Of a stretch of DNA of 64,000 nt, positions 19,306 to 30,091 are shown one piece after another (within the stretch, counting starts at the first letter, position 1; each line of letters starts with the position of its first letter). The stretch is from the NCBI GenBank assembly GCA_051439505.1, contig JBFRWI010000226.1:9567-73566 (forward strand), given 5' to 3'. A program made the translations under genes and the position numbers. The DNA comes from Hormoscilla sp. (GTDB lineage: Bacteria; Cyanobacteriota; Cyanobacteriia; Cyanobacteriales; Desertifilaceae). The notes under the pieces are model-generated. The model saw only the letters and a list, made by a program, of their open reading frames with translations, did no database searches and was not told where the DNA came from.

Positions 19306-20697
19306 ATGGCTAACTTAACTTTAACAAATTTTCATAAAATTAATCAATTGTCCGAATCCGATCCATCCTTAATGGAATATCCAGTGAAGGTTCTCCTGAT
19401 CGACGATCAGGTCATAGTTGCTGAAGCTGTCCGCCGTCTGCTGGCCATCGAAGAAGATATCAAGTTTCACTACTGTGAGGATCCGGCAGCAGCCATTCCC
19501 ATCGCAAACAAAATTCAACCCACCGTGATTCTACTGGATTTAGTCATGCCGGAGATAGATGGGTTAATGCTGTTGCGGTTTTTGCGGGCTAATCCTGCCA
19601 CCCGATCGATTCCGACCATCGTACTGTCAAGCAAAGAAGATCCCCAATTGAAAGCCCAGGCATTTGCCCAGGGGGCCAATGACTACCTAGTCAAACTCCC
19701 CGATAAGATCGAGCTAATTGCCCGGATCCGTTACCATTCCGATGCTTATAAGAACTTCCTGAAACGGTATGAAGCGGATCTAGTAAAGCGGTACAACCAA
19801 GAATTAGAAAAGCAAGTGGAAGAAAGAACCGCCGAACTAAAGCAAACTCTCGAAAATCTCCAGCAAACCCAAGCGCAACTGGTACAAACAGAAAAAATGT
19901 CCAGTCTGGGTCAAATGGTAGCAGGTGTTGCCCATGAAATCAACAATCCTGTCAACTTCATTTCTGGCAACCTCGACCCGGCGATCGACTACATGCAAGA
20001 TTTATTAGAACTGGTCGGACTCTACCAAAAATATTACCCCAACCCAGCTTCGGAGATTCAAGAGTTTAGCGAAGAGATTGAATTGGACTTCATGCGCGAA
20101 GATGTACTCCAACTGTTGTCCTCCATGAAAATAGGGACCGATCGCATTCGGGACATCGTGCTGCAATTGCGAAATTTCTCCCGTCTGGACGAGGCGGACA
20201 TGAAACCGGTGAATATTCACGAAGGCATCGACAACACCCTGTTAATTCTGCAACATAGACTCAAAGGGATTGAACTGAGTAAAGAGTATGGAGATTTGCC
20301 CCTAGTGTCCTGCTATGCAGGACAACTGAATCAAGTGTTTATGAATATTATAGCTAACGCCATTGATGTCTTAGAAAGCGATGACAGTAACAGCCAACCT
20401 GGTCAAATAAAGATTCGCACTGAAGTAGTCAAACCGAACTACGTGACCATCAGGATATCAGATAACGGACCGGGAATACCGTTAGAAGTACGCCAACGGA
20501 TATTTGACCCATTTTTCACTACCAAACCAGTAGGAAAAGGCACGGGCTTGGGATTATCCATTAGCTATCAGATTATAGTAGATAAGCATAAAGGTTTCCT
20601 GGGCTGCTCCTCAAGCCCAGAAACGGGAACCGAATTCATAATTGAAATCCCGGTGCAGCAAAAGAAGGCTTCACTTCTACGCAAAAAAACTTCCTAG
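19306..20697 (+). CDS. Receiver-histidine kinase hybrid in the WspR position
   Basis: WspR-like receiver ([36 protein letters not shown]) fused to HisKA (AHEINNP) and HATPase ([15 protein letters not shown]). Confidence 0.92.
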   Translation: MANLTLTNFHKINQLSESDPSLMEYPVKVLLIDDQVIVAEAVRRLLAIEEDIKFHYCEDPAAAIPIANKIQPTVILLDLVMPEIDGLMLLRFLRANPATRSIPTIVLSSKEDPQLKAQAFAQGANDYLVKLPDKIELIARIRYHSDAYKNFLKRYEADLVKRYNQELEKQVEERTAELKQTLENLQQTQAQLVQTEKMSSLGQMVAGVAHEINNPVNFISGNLDPAIDYMQDLLELVGLYQKYYPNPASEIQEFSEEIELDFMREDVLQLLSSMKIGTDRIRDIVLQLRNFSRLDEADMKPVNIHEGIDNTLLILQHRLKGIELSKEYGDLPLVSCYAGQLNQVFMNIIANAIDVLESDDSNSQPGQIKIRTEVVKPNYVTIRISDNGPGIPLEVRQRIFDPFFTTKPVGKGTGLGLSISYQIIVDKHKGFLGCSSSPETGTEFIIEIPVQQKKASLLRKKTS

Positions 20698-20726
20698 TAG
20701 GGTGGGCATCGCCCACTAACCATTTC

Positions 20727-21308
20727 TTAATGTTCGATGCGGGTGCCTAAAACCTTCAGGAACTCAGCTAACCAGCGAGGATGGGCAGGCCACACCGGTG
20801 CTGTCACGAGATTGCCATCCGCGATCGCCTCATGAACTGGAACTTGGACGTAGGTACCGCCTGCAAGAGTCACCTCGGGACTGCAAGCGGGATAGGCGGT
20901 GCAGCGCTTACCTTTGAGTACATCCGCAGCGGCCAATAACTGCAAACCATGACAGATAGCAGCAATAGGTTTATTCGCCGAGGCAAAGTGGCGGACGATC
21001 GCCAATACTTTTTCATGCAAACGAATATATTCTGGCGCCCGTCCTCCAGGAACCACCAAAGCATCATAACTTTCAGGAGAAACTTCATCGAAGCTAGCAT
21101 TTAGGATAAAATTATGTCCCGGTTTTTCGCTATAGGTTTGGTCACCCTCAAAGTCGTGAACTGCTGTTCTCACTGTATCTCCCGCCTTCTTATCGGGACA
21201 GATAGCATGAACTGTATGTCCCACCATCTGCAATGCTTGAAAGGGCACCATCACTTCATAGTCTTCCACAAAGTCGCCCACAAGCATTAAAATCTTCTTT
21301 CCCGTCAT
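20727..21308 (-). CDS. DJ-1/PfpI family protein
   Basis: [21 protein letters not shown]. Confidence 0.93.
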   Translation of the reverse strand: MTGKKILMLVGDFVEDYEVMVPFQALQMVGHTVHAICPDKKAGDTVRTAVHDFEGDQTYSEKPGHNFILNASFDEVSPESYDALVVPGGRAPEYIRLHEKVLAIVRHFASANKPIAAICHGLQLLAAADVLKGKRCTAYPACSPEVTLAGGTYVQVPVHEAIADGNLVTAPVWPAHPRWLAEFLKVLGTRIEH

Positions 21309-21346
21309 ATTTTTCTCCTTTTAGTAGGATACCGGCGCTGGCATCA

Positions 21347-21805
21347 TTATACTAGATTAAATTCCTGGAGGGCTGGTAAAAAGTTTTTATTTTCGTGACT
21401 GGGGCGACTGAGTTTAATTAAAGCAAATCGCTGCACCGGTGTTAGAGCCTGCCATTGTTCCAAAGTAATAGATAAGTCAAATTCTCGTGCTTTTGCTTGT
21501 AAGCTAGTAGGGATAGCTGTTGCATCCATCCATGCTGGATGGGGGTCAATTGGCAGTATCGAAGCAGGCTTTCCCGTGCGATCGGTTACCAACTGCTGTA
21601 GAAATTCCCCATATGCTCGAACTTCTGCAGGGGTATGGCAAGGCAATTCCACCAGAGTTTGACGTTCTTCTGCGCTCAATTGGTGCCAGTGAGATAGTTT
21701 GAGTTTCACACCGCAAGTATCAAGCTTGAGGCGCAGCTGCATGGGAATGCACCGTAGAGAGTCTACAAAATCTGCTTCAAATTGGAAGAAAACATTTTCA
21801 ATCAT
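21347..21805 (-). CDS. narM: Nitrate reductase-associated protein
   Basis: FQFEADFVDSLRCIPM..R.KLDTCGVKLKL..QRFALIKLSRPSHENKNF. Confidence 0.9.
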   Translation of the reverse strand: MIENVFFQFEADFVDSLRCIPMQLRLKLDTCGVKLKLSHWHQLSAEERQTLVELPCHTPAEVRAYGEFLQQLVTDRTGKPASILPIDPHPAWMDATAIPTSLQAKAREFDLSITLEQWQALTPVQRFALIKLSRPSHENKNFLPALQEFNLV

Positions 21806-21855
21806 TATCTGCCCAAAGCCTCAATCTCGGAACCGACCACAGCTGACTTGATATA

Positions 21856-21888
21856 CAGAGAGTGGGCCGCAACGCGACCCACTCTCTG
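21856..21888 (-). terminator. Stem-loop downstream of rpsU
   Basis: CAGAGAGTGGG-N11-CCCACTCTCTG. Confidence 0.55.
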
Positions 21889-21929
21889 GCTATATTAGCA
21901 GCAAGCTCAGCTGCCTGCAAGCCAATTGC

Positions 21930-22109
21930 TTAATTAAAACGCCGCTTGCGCCTTCTGGCGATCTCCTTGCGCTTGCGTTTCTCGATCGGAGTCTCAAAGT
22001 GGCGCACTCGCTTGATATCTGAGAAAATTCCTTCCTTCGACACCTGACGCTTAAACCTGCGCAGGGCCGAATCTATACCTTCATTCTCGCCAACAATCAC
22101 TTGGGTCAT
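21930..22109 (-). CDS. rpsU: 30S ribosomal protein S21
   Basis: Below the ORF-track cutoff; translated by hand: [59 protein letters not shown]. Confidence 0.96.
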   Translation of the reverse strand: MTQVIVGENEGIDSALRRFKRQVSKEGIFSDIKRVRHFETPIEKRKRKEIARRRKRRFN

Positions 22110-22175
22110 AAATTCTCCTAATGCACTTGGGTGGATATCTCAAAACTTTTGCCAAGGCCGGGGGCTTCAGCTGGT

Positions 22176-22514
22176 TTAATAGCGATCGCCAGAAAATCCA
22201 TCCCGAGAGAAAGATCCTCCGTCTCTGCCGCGACCGCCACCTCTGCGACCACCTCCACCTGGACCCCTTTGTTCGCGAGGTTTAGCCTTGTTCACCTTTA
22301 TTTCCCGATCCATCCACTCAGCGCCATCTAGAGCTTCTATGGCAGCTGCTTCTTCTTCCTCTGTTGACATTTCGACAAACCCGAAACCCCGCTTACGACC
22401 CGTCTCGCGGTCTACTGGTAGCTGCACCCGCTTCACCGTTCCATATTCTGCGAAAACATTACTCACATCATCTTCCGTGGCTTGATAGGACAGGTTGCCT
22501 ATATAAATTGACAT
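22176..22514 (-). CDS. rbp: RRM RNA-binding protein with Gly-rich tail (Rbp family)
   Basis: RNP2 IYIGNL, RNP1 RGFGFVEM. Confidence 0.96.
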   Translation of the reverse strand: MSIYIGNLSYQATEDDVSNVFAEYGTVKRVQLPVDRETGRKRGFGFVEMSTEEEEAAAIEALDGAEWMDREIKVNKAKPREQRGPGGGGRRGGGRGRDGGSFSRDGFSGDRY

Positions 22515-22551
22515 GGATTACCTCCAGAATCATTGATTGTCGAGATTGAGA

Positions 22552-22598
22552 TTCGGAGATATGCCTGTATCAGAACGAAAACAAACCACTCAGCCGAT
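22552..22598 (-). promoter_or_regulatory. Conserved rbp 5'-UTR boxes (cold-regulation elements)
   Basis: Minus strand ATCGGCTGA, TTTGTTTTCGT, TCTCCGAA in the order known for boxes III, II and I of cyanobacterial rbp leaders. Confidence 0.7.
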
Positions 22599-22769
22599 CT
22601 TCTCCCTTCATTTCTAGCCTAGCACATAAATTTGGTAATGTCTAAAATTTTTTTTGCGGCTAGCAGCTATTCTGGGGTTGTGGTATAATCTCGCTCCTCC
22701 ACATTACACCGGCGCACTTCCACCCGTCTCTAATCCTCTATCTGTAGCTTTTATTTATAGATTCACTGA

Positions 22770-23234
22770 TTATTTCTTATTGGTACTGCGGACGATCAAG
22801 TAGCTAATAGCAAGAGTAAAAACTGCTACACCCAACCCGATCAGGTCACTGGCTGACTTTTTTTCCAGGTCGATAATAATGATTTTCCGAGCTACCGCAA
22901 TTAGGGAAGTGATAATCACTAACTCTGCTTGCACCACATGTTTGCGCAGATAGGCCGTGATGTTTTCTAAGATTTCTAGGGCAATCAGGACGTTGAGAAA
23001 CAGCCCGAATACTTCAAATAAGGTGGTTTTATAGAATCTTAAGGGATCGAGAAATATCTGTCTAAATAAAAAGATCGCCAGGTCGCAAACCGTGACAAAT
23101 ATGACCACCACCATCAACAGGGACAGTACCTTAGATACGAGCACCTCTAGGTTCTCGATCAAGCCCATAAACTTCTCGGACTCCTTGACTATGCTGATAA
23201 GTTCTTGGGCTTGTTTCGGTAACCGCCGCATCAC
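22770..23234 (-). CDS. PsiE family membrane protein
   Basis: FGLFLNVLIALEILENITAYLRKH..AVARKIII. Confidence 0.88.
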   Translation of the reverse strand: MMRRLPKQAQELISIVKESEKFMGLIENLEVLVSKVLSLLMVVVIFVTVCDLAIFLFRQIFLDPLRFYKTTLFEVFGLFLNVLIALEILENITAYLRKHVVQAELVIITSLIAVARKIIIIDLEKKSASDLIGLGVAVFTLAISYLIVRSTNKK

Positions 23235-23345
23235 TTTTCGTCCTTTTGCATTTGTGCTTTGCTACGGGCCCAGAGCCAAAGACAAATGGGCGATCGCTAA
23301 TTAGCGATGAGAGATGGTGCCGCCAAATTGTCTGTTGCTGTCATG

Positions 23346-24436
23346 TCACTGACTACCCTTGTCAATTGTACAGCACAGGCTTTTAATTCGGGTTGTCCTG
23401 ATTCGGGGCAAGCGATGGGATGAGTCAGGGCGTTCCGACTGTTGGGCCCAAAGTGTACCCCAGTGCATCGGCACGAACACCGTACCGGTGGAAATTGCCT
23501 TTGTGATTATAGCAGGAAAACGGGCAAATCCCCGACGCGATCGCACTTCCACCCAGTCTCCTTCCAAGATTGACAGTTTGCTAGCATCCTGGGGATGCAT
23601 CTCGATAAATGGTTCCGGGTGCATCTTGAGGGTTTTTTCAATGCGACCGGTGCGGGTCATGGTATGCCAGTGACCGTCAACTCGCCCAGCTGTCAGGTTG
23701 TAGCCCGATCCCCCCCAAACCCCCCCTTCGGAAGGGGGTTTGGGGGGATCGGCGCGACATCGAGGCCCATGCACGATCAACGGGTTTTGACCACACCCCG
23801 ATCGGGAGCGAAAGTAAGAGCCATTGCATCGGGCCATGCTGGCGCAGTTGCTCGTGATTGAGACCGGTCATGTCGCAAGGGCGATCGCGGGTCAGTCTGC
23901 TTTTGCTTCTCCCACCGGTTCCCGGAAGGCGGAACATCAGGTCACCACTCGTTCTGAATTGGTCATTGTACCGGTTTTTTCCCCCCATTGGGCCGCCGGT
24001 AACAGCACGTGGGCATAGGCAGCGGTTTCCGTCGGGTAGTAGGTATCCTGATATATGGTAAAGGGCGATCGCAGCAAGGCCGCTTTGGTCCGAGGCAGAT
24101 CCGGCATACACTCACTGCGGGGTTAGTAGCAGCGATCCACAGGCAACCGACTGCCCCCCGTTCTAGACCGGTAATCATTTCCCAGGCATTTAGACCGGGA
24201 TGGGGCGAGATTTGCCCTGGTGGAAGTCCCCAGAACTGTTCTACTTCTGCCCGATGTTGGCCATTGGTCACCATTCGATAACCAGGCAGGATGTGAGCGA
24301 GTCCTCCTGCTTCTCGTCCCCCCATGGCATTGGGCTGACCGGTGAGGGAGAATGGTCCCGCCCCCGGTTTGCCAATGTTCCCGGTCATCAGATGCAGGTT
24401 AATGAGGGTGCGGACTTTTTGGCAATTTGTAACCAT
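23346..24436 (-). pseudogene. narB: Ferredoxin-nitrate reductase relic
   Basis: Fragments in different frames: [78 protein letters not shown]. The N-terminus is missing, there are internal deletions, and a palindromic repeat is inserted near 23706-23750. Confidence 0.9.
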
Positions 24437-24541
24437 TGACTGCTATCATCCCAAAGGCATTGCACTTGGGACGGGATGATGAACCTATTTGCAAAAGGCA
24501 AGAAACCTCGACTATAAGCCACTTTCAGTTATGTGCAAAAA

Positions 24542-25462
24542 ATGGCATCATCCCAAAAATGTGCAACGCCAATGATCGAACTGAATTTCGACAACAACAT
24601 TGATTTGAATACTATGCTAACAGCAGATTGGCACGACAAAAGCTTTGACCGCTTTACCCTGGTAAGCGCGGCGATCGCACCTTTGCGGTCCCAGTTGCTC
24701 AACCATGAAGTATATGGGATGTTAACGAATGTACAAGCCCTCCGCATCTTCATGGATCACCACTGCTTCGCTGTCTGGGATTTCATGGCTCTAGTCAAGT
24801 GCTTGCAGCACCAATTGACTTGCCTGAAGATTTTCTGGACCCCACCCAGTAATATGAAAGCAGCACGCATGATCAATGAGATTGTCGTTGCCGAAGAGAC
24901 AGATATGCGTCCTGACTCTATGGGCTACGCCAGTCACTTTGAGCTGTATATAGATGCCATGGCTGAGATCGGTGCGGATACAGATACGGTGCGGCGCTTC
25001 GTTGATTTTGTGACAGAAGGGATGTCCTGTCAGGATGCTATGGGGCGGGCAAATGCGCCAGCATCTGTGGTTCCGTTTGTGACTCAGACACTGGAAATCT
25101 GCTTTGGACATCCTGCTCATGAAGTGGCAGCATTCTTTCTCTTCGGTCGCGAGAACCTCATCCCTGATATGTTCCGCCAGATTGTTACAAATGTGGCCGC
25201 AGCAGAGGGGCTACAGATCGATGGTTTCCAATATTATCTCGATCGCCACATTGGCATAGATGAAGAGGAACACGGTCCCGCTGCTGTAGAGATGATGCGT
25301 TCTCTGTGCAGAGAAGACGATACCAGGTGGCGAATAGTGCAACGTGCTGCCCAAGAAGCCCTGACAGCACGACTGAATTTGTGGGATGGCATTGCCCAAG
25401 CTATCCGCAGTGACCGCTCCAGCAACTCACCAAGTCAGGACTTACTCAAATTGACAGTATAG
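24542..25462 (+). CDS. DUF3050 (heme-oxygenase-like fold) protein
   Basis: [62 protein letters not shown]. Confidence 0.85.
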   Translation: MASSQKCATPMIELNFDNNIDLNTMLTADWHDKSFDRFTLVSAAIAPLRSQLLNHEVYGMLTNVQALRIFMDHHCFAVWDFMALVKCLQHQLTCLKIFWTPPSNMKAARMINEIVVAEETDMRPDSMGYASHFELYIDAMAEIGADTDTVRRFVDFVTEGMSCQDAMGRANAPASVVPFVTQTLEICFGHPAHEVAAFFLFGRENLIPDMFRQIVTNVAAAEGLQIDGFQYYLDRHIGIDEEEHGPAAVEMMRSLCREDDTRWRIVQRAAQEALTARLNLWDGIAQAIRSDRSSNSPSQDLLKLTV

Positions 25463-25578
25463 ACAGTGTGGCTTTACTAGGCTGGGCGGGGGGTAAAACT
25501 TCTAGGCCACAGCCTACGCCGCAGTAAGGACAGAGAGTTTTGATTGGAGCAGTCATATTGTTCTAATAGATATATTGC

Positions 25579-26961
25579 TTATGCTGAATTTAGCGATGTT
25601 GTTTCTTTGTATTGATGCAATTCGGCGATGGTAAGCAGGCGCGAACGCTGGGTTTTCAGCATGTAGATATTGCTAGTTAAAAAGAAACTCACAAAGCTGG
25701 CGATCGCCAAAACGGGAATCATGCTCGTATCGGATAAAACGCTGAGAATCACGCTGGTGCTAATGGGGGTTTTCGTCACCGCCACATTCACCGCCGCCAT
25801 GGTGCAAAGCATTGCCAGGGTTGCATGCATTGGCGGACAAGCTAAACTAATTGCCAAGCCTATATTTGCTCCCAGGAAGAATAAGGGAAAAATAAATCCG
25901 CCTCTAAAACCGCAGTGGAGAGTAAAGCTGATGGCTAACATTTTGGCTAAGGCGATCGCCAGCAACATGGTGATGCTCAATGCTGGACCTGTTTCTATTA
26001 CCGTTTCTATTTGCTTTTCGCTGAAAAACAGGGTTTGGGGAAAGGCTAAGGCTATTAACCCGATGGACAGTCCTCCCAAGGTAGCCAGTAAAATTGTGTG
26101 ATGTTCCAGGGGGGCAAGCACTTTTCCCATATAGCGGAACAGCAAGATAAAAATCGTCGCGGCCAAAGCCCCTATTGCACCCAGAACTGCCCCCTCTACT
26201 AGATTTATGGGAGTTAGGGTCGGCTGAGGCTCGAAATGGTAAATGCCTCCAATAGTCAGTCCCGTATTCACCTTAAATACTGCAAAGCTGAAGATTCCCG
26301 AAATTATCGCTGGCACCAGGGCTTCGTAGTATTCTAATCCCCGACGATGGGGTATTTCTAGGGCAAACAGCGGTCCCCCGATCGGGCTACCAAAGAAAGC
26401 CGCCAAAGCTGCACTCATACCGCAAAAGGTTAACACCCGCACGGAATTACTATCTAACTTCAACTTATCTGCCAGCCAACTGCCAAAGCTGCCATTTATC
26501 TGTACTAGCGGGGCTTCTGGTCCGGCACTTCCCCCGGCGGTAATTGATACTAGAGAAGCTATAATCATGGCCGGGGTTTGCTTCATTTCTATCCTGCCTG
26601 GATCGTGAACTTTGTCCACTACTAGGGACATTTCTCCGGGCAGACCCATATAATAGAGGGCTAACCCGACACCAAATCCGCCGATGGTAGTTGCGATCCA
26701 CAGATAATTCCAGGATGGTAGCCAGTTGGGAAAATAGGGTTCCAGAAACTCCGGAATTATCTCCCATACTGCATCCATGCACCCTTCTAGCACAAAGTAG
26801 TACAGACTGGCAACTATTCCCCCTATTGTCCCGATCGCTGCTGCACAGACGATCATCTGAAAATAGCTCAGAGTCCGAAATTCATTCCCGTTCTCTTTTT
26901 CGGCTGATGCTTTTTCCTCAGATATTTCTGTTGCTTCTGTCCCTATCTCTTTGGTTTTCAT
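25579..26961 (-). CDS. ClC family chloride channel/anion transporter
   Basis: GGSAGPEAP, FGSPIGGPLFALE, GFRGGFIFP; many TM helices. Confidence 0.9.
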   Translation of the reverse strand: MKTKEIGTEATEISEEKASAEKENGNEFRTLSYFQMIVCAAAIGTIGGIVASLYYFVLEGCMDAVWEIIPEFLEPYFPNWLPSWNYLWIATTIGGFGVGLALYYMGLPGEMSLVVDKVHDPGRIEMKQTPAMIIASLVSITAGGSAGPEAPLVQINGSFGSWLADKLKLDSNSVRVLTFCGMSAALAAFFGSPIGGPLFALEIPHRRGLEYYEALVPAIISGIFSFAVFKVNTGLTIGGIYHFEPQPTLTPINLVEGAVLGAIGALAATIFILLFRYMGKVLAPLEHHTILLATLGGLSIGLIALAFPQTLFFSEKQIETVIETGPALSITMLLAIALAKMLAISFTLHCGFRGGFIFPLFFLGANIGLAISLACPPMHATLAMLCTMAAVNVAVTKTPISTSVILSVLSDTSMIPVLAIASFVSFFLTSNIYMLKTQRSRLLTIAELHQYKETTSLNSA

Positions 26962-27049
26962 ATTCACTCGCTGACTTTCCTTCTTTTCTCGTCAATCGGT
27001 TATGCAAGCCAAACATCTTATTATAACATTTACGCAGGGTGCCGAGGAT

Positions 27050-27518
27050 ATCATTCTTATAGGCGGGTACGTAGGCGATGTCGTTGATTTCCGCGTGGAC
27101 GGAATTGTCCCGACCTCCCGCGATCGCAATATTAAATTTCCGGGGCAAGTTAGTAAAAGCGGAGTTCCCTTTACCGTTATTGGTGATCGTGTCCTGAACT
27201 TTTTGAACCAGTTCCCGGGTGTCGAGCAATTCATGGGCATCTATTCCTGCTACGGGGGAACCTGTGATGTTGCGGACATTGTCCATCCCCGACTGCACTG
27301 ATGTCAAGCCGACTTTGTCAAATTTGGCAAAGATCTCGGGAATATCTTCTATCCTAATGCCCCGCAGTTGGATGTTTTGCCTGGTGGTAATGTCTCCATT
27401 GCCATCTTCGCCGTAGCGCTGGACTATTTCTGCTAGAGTCCGCATTTGCATGCTGTTGAGAATGCCATTGGGCGTCCGCATCCGCAGCATGAATTTTCCC
27501 GGCGTTACGGGACGAAAA
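27050..27518 (-). pseudogene. nirA: Ferredoxin-nitrite reductase fragment
   Basis: FRPVTPGKFMLRMRTPNG..DITTRQNIQLRG..SGMDNVRNITGSPVAG..NLPRKFNIAI..SVHAEIND; both ends deleted. Confidence 0.9.
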
Positions 27519-27579
27519 TTGTCGATTTGATTTTAATCCACAGATCTTTTAATTTGTCAAGTATTATTAATGGACCGAC

Positions 27580-27621
27580 GCTCTAGGAAGTAAAAATAGG
27601 GTATTTCGTATCTTTCGTAAC
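27580..27621 (-). promoter_or_regulatory. Degenerate NtcA-type promoter of the former nirA operon
   Basis: Minus strand GTT-N8-TAC (27621-27608), 22-nt spacer, then TAGAGC; consensus is GTA-N8-TAC-N22-TAN3T, so one mismatch in each element. Confidence 0.45.
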
Positions 27622-27783
27622 AAAAAATAAAATTATATGAAGTTTTAGCATGTAATGAATGCGGTTTGTGCATGGAGGGCGATCGCATGTGTCCCCCGAT
27701 CGCTGGATATCTCCTCTAGCCTGCGCAGGCAGGTATGGAATGTGTAGCGGCAGGATTTATTCTGCCGCTATTAATTCATTAAT

Positions 27784-28917
27784 TCACGTTTGTACTGAAA
27801 ATTCTTCTGGATCGATTTCCCAATTCACCCATTTAATCGCCTCTCGCGCAGATCTGAGATTAGGCGGTACTCGCAAACAGTGAATGTGACCGGTACTATG
27901 ACAAGTCATTTTTAAGAGATTAATCGGCTCTCTGTTGAAAGTTCCGTCAATCCTTTTATCCAATTGAAGCAAACTGTATTCGCCCCATCTATCTAATTCA
28001 AAGGCTGCTAATTCCAAGCAGATGCGACTGTAACCTATTCCTTGAATTAGCACTCGCTTTAGTTCGACATTTTCTTCTGTTAAAAGCCATTTAGATTGCC
28101 ATTGATTCGGGTGCAATCTTCCGTATTTCTCAGGTAAGGTAACTCCGTGATGATAGTAGATGCCGTATCCGTCAGCAAATTGAATGGCGGGAGTTCCTTC
28201 CGCGTGAAGCCTGTTTTGACTGTCTAAGCTGATTTTCACCGGACGCCCGCAGACGATCGCGTGATTTTCAAAAGTAAAAATCCAGCCACATTCTTCAATT
28301 AGCGCTCTAACAATTTCCCATTGGTCAATTTCCCATTTTTCGTCGTATAAACCCAATACAGAAATGCAAAAATCAACTGCACCCGACCATAACTGCCAGT
28401 CACCACTAATCTCGTTACCAACATAATTTAGAGGCTCAAGCCGTTTCCTTGCTTTTCTATACCCGCGCAGGTTGTCTTTTTTATTAAGTTCAAGTTTTAT
28501 TAAATCTCTTGCGTATTCCCTACGGTACATTTCTTTATGCATGAACTCCAATTTCGATCGAATAATTTGTTGATATCTGCTCAAATTATTAAGATCCAAA
28601 GTATTCGAGTAAATCATCTTTCTTACTCTATAACTTTCCGAATTATGAAAATTATATAGTTTATTTAATCTTAATTCATTGCCTGACAAATCTGGTTTTA
28701 CTTGCAGTTCAAACAGATAGCGCAAAGCTGCAAAAGGACTGCTACAGTAAATAATTACTGGTTTTTCTTTGTTAAGGGAAGCATAAGCAGCTTCGATCGC
28801 GCGGGCAGCTTTTTTACAGTCAATGGGGTCGGTGGAAAGCACGATCGATTTCCACTTTTCCCGATAAACGGGAATTAATGCTTCTTGTTCGGGAGTAAGA
28901 GTAACTTTTGCAAGCAT
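27784..28917 (-). CDS. DUF6745-like protein
   Basis: LTPEQEALIPVYREKW..; RLHAEGTPAIQFADG..YYHHGV; LLKMTCHSTGHIHCLRVPP..SAREAIKWVNW. Confidence 0.75.
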   Translation of the reverse strand: MLAKVTLTPEQEALIPVYREKWKSIVLSTDPIDCKKAARAIEAAYASLNKEKPVIIYCSSPFAALRYLFELQVKPDLSGNELRLNKLYNFHNSESYRVRKMIYSNTLDLNNLSRYQQIIRSKLEFMHKEMYRREYARDLIKLELNKKDNLRGYRKARKRLEPLNYVGNEISGDWQLWSGAVDFCISVLGLYDEKWEIDQWEIVRALIEECGWIFTFENHAIVCGRPVKISLDSQNRLHAEGTPAIQFADGYGIYYHHGVTLPEKYGRLHPNQWQSKWLLTEENVELKRVLIQGIGYSRICLELAAFELDRWGEYSLLQLDKRIDGTFNREPINLLKMTCHSTGHIHCLRVPPNLRSAREAIKWVNWEIDPEEFSVQT

Positions 28918-29176
28918 ATTGCTATCGGAGTAATCGTACTGACTGCCAGACTATCTTTTTCAGCCCGAGAGCGAATAGCTGACCATTCAAAGTATAGCCC
29001 ATGTTAGGCGGCACTCGCAAACAGTAAATTTGACGAATACTAAACTGTCGGTCCCCAAAACTTTACACCTTCATCAATCTGTGTATATACTGTCAAGGGC
29101 ATTACTGTGCTTGCAGGCGATCGGGGGTAGAATAAGCTATCTACCGGGAATTGCTGACCCGGGAAATGAAATTGAT

Positions 29177-29489
29177 GCGATCGCGCCTACCTCAGGGACC
29201 AGAAACCGGGTTTCTTTTTTGAACTTTGGGTAAAGATCGGAGGATATCTCAGAAACCCGATTTCTTGCAGTAAGGGGGCGATCGCACGGCATTTGCATCT
29301 CCATGGGGCCGGGGCACGGCGATACAAACATTCTCATCTTTACCGATCATTTGCGGATGCCGTGCCCCTACATTATGTTGGCGATCGCGCCTACCCCAGG
29401 GACCAGAAACCGGGTTTCTTTTTTGAACTTTGGGTAAAGATCGGAGGATATCTCAGAAACCCGGTTTCTTGCAGTAAGGGGGCGATCGC
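29177..29489. repeat. Two 109-bp direct repeats, each bounded by HIP1 sites
   Basis: 29177-29285 and 29381-29489 are near-identical and both start and end with GCGATCGC; the spacer holds a GGGGCACGGC..GCCGTGCCCC palindrome also seen at ~2483-2543. Confidence 0.9.
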
Positions 29490-29521
29490 ATCCATCACCA
29501 AAAACGGGCGATCGCCTGTAG

Positions 29522-30091
29522 CTACGTTAACTGTTTATTGACCGCACGGGCAATAAGAGGAGCTTTCTTTGCCAGTCCGGACAGGGTAATATCCCCATCC
29601 AGGTAAAGCTGATACCATTGTTGACGTTGGCGGAGAACTCGTTCATCATCCCGCAGGCGCAGTCGTGTCAGGGTAAATTCTGCCCTTCGCCGTGCTTCAG
29701 CAGGTATTTTATCCGTCAGCACTAACTCTAGGGAGGGCAATATAATTTCAAACCAATCATCTCCTACCTCAAAGGGGTCAAGCACCCGATCGTCTATATT
29801 TCCTTTGCTACTATTCACCCATGCGGAAGCATAGCGGTAATTGCTCCATTCGTAAGCTAAATGACGATAATTATCGCAGCTCAGATAATGGTCTACCGTG
29901 CCAACCGGTTCATACATAACCGAGTAGCCACAAAGGTTGCCAAACCCATCCGCTAAATCACTCTTAAATGCGGACCAATAATCCCTAGGTCTTTTCTGCA
30001 GCTGGGGATTTTTCGCTAACCAATTATTACCAGGTTGCCTAACTTTAGAGTCAAACTCTGGAGGTTCAGGTGGCGGGGTAAACTTCATCAT
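29522..30091 (-). CDS. HNH endonuclease (PtuB-like)
   Basis: F.NLCGYS..GTVDHY..LAYEWSNYRYA...NSSKG; ATGA overlap with the ATPase stop codon. Confidence 0.8.
   Translation of the reverse strand: MMKFTPPPEPPEFDSKVRQPGNNWLAKNPQLQKRPRDYWSAFKSDLADGFGNLCGYSVMYEPVGTVDHYLSCDNYRHLAYEWSNYRYASAWVNSSKGNIDDRVLDPFEVGDDWFEIILPSLELVLTDKIPAEARRRAEFTLTRLRLRDDERVLRQRQQWYQLYLDGDITLSGLAKKAPLIARAVNKQLT

Noticed and set aside
26918..27490. nirA-ClC fusion or intact 190-aa gene
   Set aside because: NirA similarity stops near 27050; the tail is read-through in a different frame from the ClC gene.
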